A stretch of 39,915 nt of DNA. It comes from a virus (taxonomy: Duplodnaviria; Caudoviricetes). Where the stretch lies: positions 1 through 39,915 of IMG/VR virus record IMGVR_UViG_3300042516_001025; one strand, given 5' to 3'. The position numbers and the translations under genes are program-made. Below, piece by piece: positions 7,770 through 16,268 of this stretch (position 1 is the stretch's first letter; every line of letters begins with the position of its first letter). The notes below the pieces were generated by a model. The model did not search any database. It was not told the DNA's origin and saw only the letters and a list, made by a program, of their open reading frames with translations.

Positions 7770-7866
7770 ATCCATGTTGCGGCGTGGGGCCGTGGCGTGG
7801 CGTTTGTAGAGTGATTCGGCCCACGACGGGCGACCGCAAGCCGACGGGATCGGCGCAAGGAATGCG

Positions 7867-8037
7867 ATGAAGAAGAAGACCGGATCGAAGAGTCGGATGA
7901 CGAAGAAGGTTGCTGGCAAGCGTGGCGTCCTCGCGACGGCCAAGCGCACCGGCAGCAGCAAGGCCATGAAGGCGACCCGCGCTGCGGCGATGCTGGCCGG
8001 TGATGGTGAACTTCAGGTTGGTGGCGGTAAGAAGTGA
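7867..8037 (+). CDS. Basic microprotein
   Basis: MKKKTGSKSRMTKKVAGKRG...GGGKK with RBS AAGGA. Confidence 0.7.
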   Translation: MKKKTGSKSRMTKKVAGKRGVLATAKRTGSSKAMKATRAAAMLAGDGELQVGGGKK

Positions 8038-8246
8038 TCGTCAAGGTTGGCTGTGTCTACCTTCCCGTCGATGCGATCGACCGCATCGAGGGCAATGACG
8101 AACGGATGACCGTTTGGTCTTCCGGCAAGGCGTTCTATGTTGCAGGCGTTGACCGTGATGTGCTGATGGAGCAGATCAATGCGTTGATGCCTAGGATCGG
8201 AGAGTCCAAGGATTTCGCGCCCGTGAAGGGCAGGAGGAAGTCGTGA
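8034..8246 (+). CDS. Hypothetical protein
   Basis: 70-aa ORF translationally coupled at both ends. Confidence 0.7.
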   Translation: MIVKVGCVYLPVDAIDRIEGNDERMTVWSSGKAFYVAGVDRDVLMEQINALMPRIGESKDFAPVKGRRKS

Positions 8247-8380
8247 TGTACGGCAAGAAGAGTGGTGGATGCGCGTCGAGCCGCCGTGGCAAGAACGGTG
8301 GCCGTGACGGCGCGAAGGGCGGCGGTTACGGCGGAGCCAAGGGTGGCGGCAAGGGTGGACCGAAGGGCAAGAAGCGATGA
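8246..8380 (+). CDS. Gly/Lys-rich microprotein
   Basis: MYGKKSGGCASSRRGKNGGRDGAKGGGYGGAKGGGKGGPKGKKR; RBS AGGAGG. Confidence 0.7.
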   Translation: MYGKKSGGCASSRRGKNGGRDGAKGGGYGGAKGGGKGGPKGKKR

Positions 8381-10119
8381 TGAAGTTCGATCTGGCTTCT
8401 CTGGTGCGCGAGATCGAGAGCGCGGAATCATTCCGCGACACCCATCTTGTGGAGTGGAAGAGCCTGATCGAGCGTTTCCACGGGCCGTCCTACCGCGAGT
8501 CGCGGGAGCAGATGGACGACCCGGAGAACTTCATCCTTGAGTACATCGCCCTGTTGCTGCCCCGGATCGTGCATGACAACCCGACGGTTCGCGTGAAGAG
8601 CGCGAGGCCGGTCAGCCAGTCGGAGGCTGCCGGGGTGTTGCAGATCGGGATCAACCGGTGGTGCAAGATGGTCGGCGTGCGGAACACCCTTGAGCGGATT
8701 GCGACGGACATGCTGCTGGCCTACGGGGTGGCGCTGACCGTGAACGAGCCGCGCAAGGGCTATGTGACGAGCCTGACGACCGATCCGTACCTGCCCCGGG
8801 TGTACCGGATCAGCCCGGATCGGTTCTTCGTTGACCCTGCTGCAACGCACTTGGACGAGGCCCGTTACATGGGCCACTGCTGGATCACCGATCGGGACGA
8901 CCTGCTGGCAAGTGCCGAGTCTGACAAGACTTGGGACACTGACGTGATCGAGCGTGTTGCCGCCAACACCGGGGTCAGCGATGTCCGTGACGACACCGAC
9001 ATCGACCGCAACATCCCCGACCGCAAGGAGTTGGTGGTGTACGAGGTGTGGGTGCCTGAACTGCACGACGAGGCTGCGGAGTTGATCGACGCCGTGACGG
9101 ATCGTGCGATGTTCAACGGCACGATCTACACGGTGGTGAAGGGTCAGGCCGAGAGCGGCAAGAAGGCGAACATGGGTATGGCGCGTGCGCCCCGTCCGTA
9201 CTACGGGCCGAGGACCGGGCCGTATACGGTATTCGGTGCGTATACGGTGCCTGACGATCCGTACCCGTTGTCGCCGATCATGGCCCTGATGCCGCAGATC
9301 GACGACGTGAACATGCACCTGCGGAACATGCGGTACAGCGCCAGCGCGTACAAGCGCCTGCTGGCGGTGGACGCACGCAACGCCAAGATGGCACAGGACA
9401 TCCGCGACCGCGAGGATCTCTATGTGGTGCTGGCGGACAACCTTGATCCTGATGCGCTCCGCACGATCGAGGTCGGCGGGATCACGGCTCAGCAGGTTCA
9501 GTATGCTTCGATGGCTCAGGACCGTCTGGACCGCGTGTCCGGCATCCACGACGCCATGCGCGGCAATGTGAGCGGGAATGCCACGGCTACCGAGGTGCAG
9601 GTGGCGGAGAGTTCCAGCGGCCTTCGGATCAGCCACCTGAAGCGACAGTTTCAGGAGTCTGTGAATCGGTGCCTCCGGTCGGTGGGCTGGTTCATGTTCT
9701 ACGACGAGAAGGTGGTGTTCCCGGTCGGCGAGGACGGGATTGCCATCATGGGCGAGCCGGAGCCGATCTTCTCGTCGCTGGCGATGGTTGGTGTGTTCGA
9801 CGACCTCGACATCGACGTGGAGGCGTACAGCATGGAGCGGGTCAGCGAAGGGCTGCTCCAGCGCCGATCGGTCGAGTTGCTTCAGGTCATCGGCAACATC
9901 AGTCAGGCGGTGGTGGCTGCCCCGCATGTGGACTGGAAGCAGGTGCTGTCGGTGGTCGGCAACGCGATGAATATGCCCAATCTGGGCGACATGATCGACC
10001 TGCGTGCCGTGCAGCAGATGCGGGCGCAGGCCCAGCAGGCCGCCGCCGGCGCTCAGGGTGGGGCGTCCAAGCCCCGATCCATGCAAGAAATTATTTCAGA
10101 AGTTGAGGGCCGGCGCTGA
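8377..10119 (+). CDS. Portal protein
   Basis: 580 aa, between terminase and scaffold/capsid; RISPDRFFVDP, VYEVW and ATATEVQ motifs typical of podovirus portals. Confidence 0.85.
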   Translation: MMKFDLASLVREIESAESFRDTHLVEWKSLIERFHGPSYRESREQMDDPENFILEYIALLLPRIVHDNPTVRVKSARPVSQSEAAGVLQIGINRWCKMVGVRNTLERIATDMLLAYGVALTVNEPRKGYVTSLTTDPYLPRVYRISPDRFFVDPAATHLDEARYMGHCWITDRDDLLASAESDKTWDTDVIERVAANTGVSDVRDDTDIDRNIPDRKELVVYEVWVPELHDEAAELIDAVTDRAMFNGTIYTVVKGQAESGKKANMGMARAPRPYYGPRTGPYTVFGAYTVPDDPYPLSPIMALMPQIDDVNMHLRNMRYSASAYKRLLAVDARNAKMAQDIRDREDLYVVLADNLDPDALRTIEVGGITAQQVQYASMAQDRLDRVSGIHDAMRGNVSGNATATEVQVAESSSGLRISHLKRQFQESVNRCLRSVGWFMFYDEKVVFPVGEDGIAIMGEPEPIFSSLAMVGVFDDLDIDVEAYSMERVSEGLLQRRSVELLQVIGNISQAVVAAPHVDWKQVLSVVGNAMNMPNLGDMIDLRAVQQMRAQAQQAAAGAQGGASKPRSMQEIISEVEGRR

Positions 10120-10415
10120 TGCCCATGTACCCTTTCATCGACGAGGCCACTGGCGAGACTGTCGAGTTGATGTACTCGATGTCTGAGGCTCCCAGCATTG
10201 GCACAACCGTCGAGGTGGATGGCCGTGTGTTGACGAGGGTGGTCGCTGACTACCAGATCGACCCAGCCACGAACCGCTCCCAGTACCCGTATGTGTCGGC
10301 GTCGCTTCCTCGCAACCTTGAGGGATGCACGACGAACAGCCAAGGCAAGCCAGTGATCATGTCTCGTAGGCATGAACGTGAGGTGATGGCGAGGCACGGG
10401 TATGCGAAGGAGTAG
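10119..10415 (+). CDS. FmdB-like small protein lacking the Zn cysteines
   Basis: MPMYPF..G...E...SMSE pattern at the usual post-portal position. Confidence 0.55.
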   Translation: MPMYPFIDEATGETVELMYSMSEAPSIGTTVEVDGRVLTRVVADYQIDPATNRSQYPYVSASLPRNLEGCTTNSQGKPVIMSRRHEREVMARHGYAKE

Positions 10416-10421
10416 GACAGC

Positions 10422-11324
10422 GTGGCTGAACCCAAGGACGGCGTGACCGAGGCAGAAGAGCCGAAGGTCGAGGCAGAGATCGAGAATCCAGTCGAGGCAG
10501 CGGCGGAAGAGCCTGTTGCTGATCCCGTGACGAGCGAACCCCTTGGTAGGGACGCAGACGACGAGGTCTTGGATCGACTGTTCGGTGAGTCGGAGCAGAA
10601 GGAGGAACCTGCTCCGGTCAAGCCAGATGCTGATCTCGATCGGGCATACCAGATTCTCAAGCGCGATGGTGTGCCTGATGACATCCTCAAGTCCGTGTCC
10701 AAGGACACTCTGATGGCGTGGGCCGGCAAGGCCGGCAAGCGTCAGACCGACGTGGACGGATACGGCAAGAGGATGAAGGCGCTTGAAGCCGAGAACGCCC
10801 AGTTGAAGTCCGGGCGCAAGGCTGGCGACGAGGAACTGGAATCCTTCGACGAGGAATCCGACAACCCCCGTGGCAAGCCGGATACGGACGACGACGATGC
10901 GGGATCGGACGAGACCACGGCGGATCCGCGCTATACGGCGCTGTCCGAAGAGGTCTCAAAGTTGCGCCTGCAACAGCAGGAGCAGCAGTTGCGTGGGCTG
11001 CAAACCCAAGTCGAGCAGGCCATCACGTTCGTTCAGGGTCAATACGGGAACCCGGTTGACGCGAACGCGGTGCTGGCCGAAATGGATCGTCTTGGGCGAA
11101 GCAAGCCCGGTACCTACCCAACCATGATTCACTTGGCGCAGGAGGCTTTCGCCAACATTGCAGGTCCGGCCCGGGATCCCCGGCGCGTAGGACAGCCGAC
11201 AGCACGACCGGCCGTAGGCAGGAACGAGCGTCCCACGACGCCCGCCGACGCCGAGGACGCAGTTCTGGAAGCACTGCTTGAAGGGCGAAGCCTTTCCGAA
11301 GCCAAGCGACTGACACGAAAGTGA
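10422..11324 (+). CDS. Capsid scaffolding protein
   Basis: Acidic and coiled-coil, 300 aa, directly before the major capsid gene. Confidence 0.75.
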   Translation: MAEPKDGVTEAEEPKVEAEIENPVEAAAEEPVADPVTSEPLGRDADDEVLDRLFGESEQKEEPAPVKPDADLDRAYQILKRDGVPDDILKSVSKDTLMAWAGKAGKRQTDVDGYGKRMKALEAENAQLKSGRKAGDEELESFDEESDNPRGKPDTDDDDAGSDETTADPRYTALSEEVSKLRLQQQEQQLRGLQTQVEQAITFVQGQYGNPVDANAVLAEMDRLGRSKPGTYPTMIHLAQEAFANIAGPARDPRRVGQPTARPAVGRNERPTTPADAEDAVLEALLEGRSLSEAKRLTRK

Positions 11325-11331
11325 GCAAGTA

Positions 11332-12621
11332 ATGCCCGGAACCCCGATTCAGACCTTCAACGACTTCATGAATGCGACTGGTCCGACGTATCTGACCAGC
11401 GCCGATCAGGTGATCAACGAGGCCGTCAAGAACACCTACGCCTTCAGCCGCCTTCTCAAGGAGAAGACCAGCGAGGCGACGGTGCAGGGCGGCAACGAGA
11501 TCCGCGACGTGATCATGTTCGATGACGCATCGACCTACGATCACTACCTCCCCAACGACACGTTCTCATGGCGCAACGCCAACGTGACCGACACGGTGCG
11601 TGCGCCGTGGCGCTTCTCGATCGACCACATGGCGTGGACCGATCACGAAGTGGAACTCAACAGCGGCTCCGGCTCGACCCGCGATTACGTCAAGGCGCAG
11701 TACAAGCGCCTGAAGCGGATCAAGGAGCAGCGCATGTGGACCTCGCTGACCAACGGGTTTGAGAACGACCTGTGGGCCACGACGCTCAACAACAACGCCG
11801 AAATGGAAGGCAACGCCGGCAAACTGCCGTACAGCCTTCCGGCGTTCATCACTGAGATCCCGATGACCGGCAGCCCGTTCGGTGCTGATCAGCGCGGTGA
11901 CGCTCCGTTCGGTTGGACGAACGTGATGAACCTCGCTCCATCGTCGGAGACCCGATGGTCGAACCAGATCTCGTACTACGACCCGGCTCCAGCGAGTGCC
12001 GATCCCAACGCTCCGCTCGCTCTGACGGCCAACATCGAGAATGTCCGCACTGGTTCAGATACCTACTCTGCGTACATCGGCGGTCTTCTGACGGCGTTCG
12101 ACGAGATGTTCCTCAAGTTGGACTTCCGTACTCCCAGCACCCGCGCCGAGTACTTTGAGAAGCCCTCGATGAACCGGCAGATGATCCTCTGCTCGCGTCT
12201 GGGCATCAACCAGTACAAGCAGGTTCTGCGTGCCAGCAATGACACGCTGGTGTCGTATCAGGATCCGGCGTACAACGCTCCGACCTACAGCGGCATCGAA
12301 CTGATGTACTGCTCCAACCTCGACACGGCGGCTCTGTTCCCGAGCGGTGGCGGTACTCGCACCACTGCTGCCCAAAACCTTGCCGCGATGACCGGATACG
12401 CAACCGAGGCTTCGGCGACCGATCCCGGTCCTCGTTACTGGTGGGTCAACGGCAACTACCTGACGCCGATCTTCCACAATCGCCGCTACTTCGAGAAGCA
12501 CGAAGTGCTGCGTCACCCCAACCAGCCGTTCACCTACGTTCAGGTGGTGGACTGCTGGTGGAACCTGTTCTGCAACAGCCGTCAGCGTCAGGGCATCGTC
12601 GCTCCGATCAGCGTGTCCTGA
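11332..12621 (+). CDS. Major capsid protein
   Basis: 429 aa with strong codon bias, positioned after the scaffold and followed by a GC hairpin. Confidence 0.85.
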   Translation: MPGTPIQTFNDFMNATGPTYLTSADQVINEAVKNTYAFSRLLKEKTSEATVQGGNEIRDVIMFDDASTYDHYLPNDTFSWRNANVTDTVRAPWRFSIDHMAWTDHEVELNSGSGSTRDYVKAQYKRLKRIKEQRMWTSLTNGFENDLWATTLNNNAEMEGNAGKLPYSLPAFITEIPMTGSPFGADQRGDAPFGWTNVMNLAPSSETRWSNQISYYDPAPASADPNAPLALTANIENVRTGSDTYSAYIGGLLTAFDEMFLKLDFRTPSTRAEYFEKPSMNRQMILCSRLGINQYKQVLRASNDTLVSYQDPAYNAPTYSGIELMYCSNLDTAALFPSGGGTRTTAAQNLAAMTGYATEASATDPGPRYWWVNGNYLTPIFHNRRYFEKHEVLRHPNQPFTYVQVVDCWWNLFCNSRQRQGIVAPISVS

Positions 12622-12642
12622 TCGAAGTCAACTCACTCACAA

Positions 12643-12668
12643 GGGGGGGCTGGACAACCAGCCCCCCC
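12643..12668 (+). terminator. Strong hairpin after capsid gene (terminator or mRNA stabiliser)
   Basis: GGGGGGGCTGG-ACAA-CCAGCCCCCCC; no U-tract. Confidence 0.45.
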
Positions 12669-12696
12669 ATAACTCCAACACAAGGAATCAACACAC

Positions 12697-13206
12697 ATGC
12701 TTTTTGCTCCCAGCAACAGTGACATCGGCGTTCAGCCCCACGGCCACACTGCCCGTGTCATCAACCGCAGCGGCGGCGCTCTCGTCGTCGGCGACCTCGT
12801 CGTGACCTCGTTCGCTCACAGCGGCGTTGTGTACCCCGCTACTACCATCGCCCAGTCCCGTCTCACCCCGTTCGCCAACGTGGTCAAGGCGGACGGCAAT
12901 TCCAGCACCCCGGGATACCTTGGTGCTGTCGTTGACGTTGGCTCTTCGTCGGGTGCCAACAACACCGAAGTGGTCGTTCAGTTTGGTGGGGCCGCGAAGG
13001 TGAAGACCACTGCCACTGGTGCGGTTTCGATCGGTAGCGTCCTTGGCATCGCCGATGCCTCCGGAGCCCTTATTGACGGGACTGGTGCAGCGACCTCTTC
13101 CTATCCCGCTGGCATCGCCTTGCAGGCTCTGGGAGCGGGCAACACGGCTGTTATTGACGTGCTTCTGCCCCACGACATCTGGATGTACGCTGACATCCCC
13201 GCCTGA
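12697..13206 (+). CDS. Capsid decoration/cement-like protein
   Basis: Small Gly/Ala/Val-rich beta-type protein directly after the major capsid gene. Confidence 0.6.
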   Translation: MLFAPSNSDIGVQPHGHTARVINRSGGALVVGDLVVTSFAHSGVVYPATTIAQSRLTPFANVVKADGNSSTPGYLGAVVDVGSSSGANNTEVVVQFGGAAKVKTTATGAVSIGSVLGIADASGALIDGTGAATSSYPAGIALQALGAGNTAVIDVLLPHDIWMYADIPA

Positions 13207-13228
13207 TCGGTTCTGATCCCAACAATCC

Positions 13229-13258
13229 CGGCTGGCTGGGGGAAACCTCAGCCAGCCG
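13229..13258 (+). terminator. 13-bp hairpin with GAAA loop
   Basis: CGGCTGGCTGGGG-GAAA-CCTCAGCCAGCCG followed by only CTT. Confidence 0.45.
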
Positions 13259-13264
13259 CTTCCC

Positions 13265-13999
13265 ATGCCCACCTTCGCACAGGTCAAGCGTCACGTCCTG
13301 CTCGCCGTCGGCGGGTACCCCAGCCTTGCGGCTGGTCAGACCAACGCCGAACGTCTGGCAGAAGTCGTCAACCAAGCCGGCCAGTACCTGTTCCAGCGCC
13401 CGTGGCGGTTCAGGGAACGGACCAGCACGCTCATCAGCCTCGTCGCCAATCAGGACTATGTAGCCCTCCCGTCAGACGTTGAGGAGATCATCAGCCTGAT
13501 CAACCGCGAGAACATCGGGTTCAACATCGAGTTGGTCACGCCGGACCACCTACAGAACCTGCGGGAGATCGGCATCGACAGCGGGGGCCACGGCGTCACC
13601 TATGCGTGCCTGTCCCGTGTCGCCAACGCTGCCGGTTCTGCCCTGAACCCGGCACGACTTGAACTCTTCCCGACCCCGACCGCTGCTGCGACCGACGCTT
13701 TGGCCGTGCGATACCGCGCAGGATGGGTTGAGATTGCCAGCGGCGCTGTCGATTCATACGAGATCCCGATCCCAAAGTACTGCGACTCGCTCTTCATTCA
13801 GTACTGCCGAGCCTTCGGCATGGCGTATGAAGACGAGGGACTGTCACAGCGTCTGGTCGAGATCGACGCCGGACCAATCTTGGCCGGCGCGTTGACCAAG
13901 GACGGGATTCTTCAACGAGACATAGGTCGTCTGCGCCCGTCATATGAGATTGGGTATGGCGTGAGCATCCTTCCTAGGTTCACCCAGAACCCGTCTTGA
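13265..13999 (+). CDS. Head-tail adaptor / tail tubular protein A-like
   Basis: VNQA...PWRF...Y.LPSD...LFPTP pattern and genomic position. Confidence 0.7.
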   Translation: MPTFAQVKRHVLLAVGGYPSLAAGQTNAERLAEVVNQAGQYLFQRPWRFRERTSTLISLVANQDYVALPSDVEEIISLINRENIGFNIELVTPDHLQNLREIGIDSGGHGVTYACLSRVANAAGSALNPARLELFPTPTAAATDALAVRYRAGWVEIASGAVDSYEIPIPKYCDSLFIQYCRAFGMAYEDEGLSQRLVEIDAGPILAGALTKDGILQRDIGRLRPSYEIGYGVSILPRFTQNPS

Positions 14000-14007
14000 G
14001 TTGACCA

Positions 14008-14667
14008 ATGGGCGTATCCGTCACACCATCAGCAGCACAGCAGATCGAGTGGCAAGTCCATCCGACTGTTGTTTCGCAGGCTGGATCTGGTGCTGGGGTG
14101 ATTGGACAGACCGTTGTCGATTTCCACATGAAGGACGCTGTGTTCCAGTCCTTGATCAGTGGTGGCGCTGGTCTTCAGCCAACAATCTGTATTGACTGCG
14201 AAAACGCTGGTCGAACGCTCATCATGCCGTTGGTGCAGTTCACCGGGTCGGCTACGTTCCAGTTTCAGGTACTTGGATGGTCCTTTAGCCGTCCTGCCGA
14301 GTCGTGGATCTGCCAAGCGATAACGCATAGCCCTACGGCTGTGAATGCCACAAACACCTCTGATTCCGGTGGTGGCATAGCCCTTGATGGGATTACCTAT
14401 AAGGCTTTTGGTTTGCTTGGCGTTACAGCAACTACAGCAAGCGATGGTGACGGAGGAGTTGTCCCGCTTCCGTCCCATTACGAGTACTTGCCTGTCGAAG
14501 GTCTTCGGGCCGCCAATGCCTCAATACTTGCGGCGTCAAGCGCCGTCCTTCAGGTCAACAATTATGGGTGGAAGTATCTGACTCTCCATCTTCGGCAGGC
14601 GGCCACTACGGCGTACACATGCAATTTCCGTTGCTTTTACGCCAACACAAACCAAATCATCAGGTGA
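14008..14667 (+). CDS. Putative virion protein, paralog A
   Basis: Shares ASDGDGG..VPLP.HY..P.EGL and NYGWKY..LH with the next gene. Confidence 0.75.
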   Translation: MGVSVTPSAAQQIEWQVHPTVVSQAGSGAGVIGQTVVDFHMKDAVFQSLISGGAGLQPTICIDCENAGRTLIMPLVQFTGSATFQFQVLGWSFSRPAESWICQAITHSPTAVNATNTSDSGGGIALDGITYKAFGLLGVTATTASDGDGGVVPLPSHYEYLPVEGLRAANASILAASSAVLQVNNYGWKYLTLHLRQAATTAYTCNFRCFYANTNQIIR

Positions 14668-14670
14668 ATC

Positions 14671-15351
14671 ATGGGATTGTCTATCACTCCAGATTCGCCG
14701 GTGCTACGAGACTGGGAGTTTCACCCAACGGTGATGACGAGGAGCGTAAGTACGATCGTATCGTTGTCGCTTGTTGTCCCATCGTTCGCTTTGAGCGACG
14801 CCGATTTTCAGTCCAAGGTCATTCTTGGACGAAACGATCCAGACATTCCGTATCCATCTATCGTAATTGACACTCTGGATTGCGCCCAGATGTCGATCAT
14901 TCCGTTCATTTCAACGGCTTCCATTCTAGGTGATTTGAAGTTTCAGTTGATTGGATGGAACTGGAGCGTCAGCGCAAATGCATGGATCGGAATGGCGATT
15001 ACTCATTACCAGTCCGCCCGTGCTGGCATGAGCGTGATGCAATATGCGTCTGTGATAGAGCATCCGCTGTTGCCCGGAACATTGTTCAAGCCGATGGAGC
15101 GAATCGGCGTCACGACTGCATCTGATGGAGATGGCGGGCTTGGAATTGTTCCGCTGCCAAAGCACTACGACGTGATGCCGGCGGAGGGGTTGGTTTCAAG
15201 CACGACCTCATCACACGCTTCGCCTGCGACCATCTTGGTTAGGAATTACGGATGGAAGTATGTCAGCCTTCATATTGCTGCTGGCGCTGCGGGTCTCGCA
15301 AACGTCAGTGCGATGTGCATGTACAAGAGGGAGTCTGGAGTTTTCAAATGA
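14671..15351 (+). CDS. Putative virion protein, paralog B
   Basis: Full-length similarity to 14008-14667. Confidence 0.75.
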   Translation: MGLSITPDSPVLRDWEFHPTVMTRSVSTIVSLSLVVPSFALSDADFQSKVILGRNDPDIPYPSIVIDTLDCAQMSIIPFISTASILGDLKFQLIGWNWSVSANAWIGMAITHYQSARAGMSVMQYASVIEHPLLPGTLFKPMERIGVTTASDGDGGLGIVPLPKHYDVMPAEGLVSSTTSSHASPATILVRNYGWKYVSLHIAAGAAGLANVSAMCMYKRESGVFK

Positions 15352-15605
15352 CCATCAAGTCGGAACACAACATTCGGTTCTACAGCACCTTGGCGACACT
15401 GGTCACTGGTTTCGCCAGCGTGTGCATCATGCTTGGCCGGCGTGACGAGTCGTTCTCCCGGGCGCAGGCTGACATCGTCGAGTTGCGGCAGATCACCGGT
15501 GATCTCGCCAAGACGGTTGCGGCCAGCGCCCAGACGAGCCTCCACCACGCCGAGAAGATCGCAGAACTCCGAGAGAGGATCGACCGTCTGGAGGAGCGCC
15601 AGTGA
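15348..15605 (+). CDS. Membrane-anchored coiled-coil protein (lysis cassette candidate)
   Basis: One hydrophobic segment, then a coiled coil ending RIDRLEERQ. Confidence 0.6.
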   Translation: MTIKSEHNIRFYSTLATLVTGFASVCIMLGRRDESFSRAQADIVELRQITGDLAKTVAASAQTSLHHAEKIAELRERIDRLEERQ

Positions 15606-16087
15606 GGTTCCTGCTTCTGGCATTCCTGCTCTGCTCCTGCTCCAGCGGCACGCAGGAGATTGCCGACAGCGCGTCGGCCATCAGCAGTCAGGCCCAGTCG
15701 ATCACCGACAAGGCCCGTGAACTGACCGTCTTGGCCGGACAGATTGACGAGAATCTGGCTGCCGCACACGGCTACTTGGCCGGCGAGCAGCAGGATCCGG
15801 GCAAGGCCGTCGAGCGCATCGAGGCGTCCCGTCTGGTGGTGTCCGATGTCACCGGCAAGGCGGACGAGATCATGGTGTTGTCCAGCGAGATCCACGCCGA
15901 GACCACGGACATCGTTGGCAGCCTGCCGTCCGTGAAGGACACCACGCCTTGGTGGGCAAGTCTGATCAGTCTTGTGGTCGGTTTGGGGCTGATGGCCCTT
16001 GCCGCGTTTATGCTGGTGCATACGGGGATCGGAACATCTCTGGGCGCGTTGCTCAGGAGTCTGATCCCGAAGCGTAGGAGCAAGTGA
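15602..16087 (+). CDS. Lipoprotein with C-terminal TM helix (unimolecular-spanin-like topology)
   Basis: MRFLLLAFLLCSC lipobox-like signal, helical middle, hydrophobic WWASLISLVVGLGLMALAAFMLV, basic tail. Confidence 0.6.
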   Translation: MRFLLLAFLLCSCSSGTQEIADSASAISSQAQSITDKARELTVLAGQIDENLAAAHGYLAGEQQDPGKAVERIEASRLVVSDVTGKADEIMVLSSEIHAETTDIVGSLPSVKDTTPWWASLISLVVGLGLMALAAFMLVHTGIGTSLGALLRSLIPKRRSK

Positions 16088-16206
16088 TGATGATCATTGG
16101 CAGCATCGAGAGCCTTCTGGGCTCAATCTGGTTCGCAGGCTTGACGTTCTGTGCCGGCTATCTGCTGGCGCACATCTGGCCGGTCAACGCGTTCAAGAAG
16201 AAGTGA
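16087..16206 (+). CDS. Small membrane protein (holin candidate)
   Basis: MMIIGSIESLLGSIWFAGLTFCAGYLLAHIWPVNAFKKK. Confidence 0.5.
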   Translation: MMIIGSIESLLGSIWFAGLTFCAGYLLAHIWPVNAFKKK

Positions 16207-16268
16207 GAACCCCCGTTCTGCCCTGCTCCCCCCGTACACGGGGGTGAGCGGGGTTCTAGGAGATAGGC

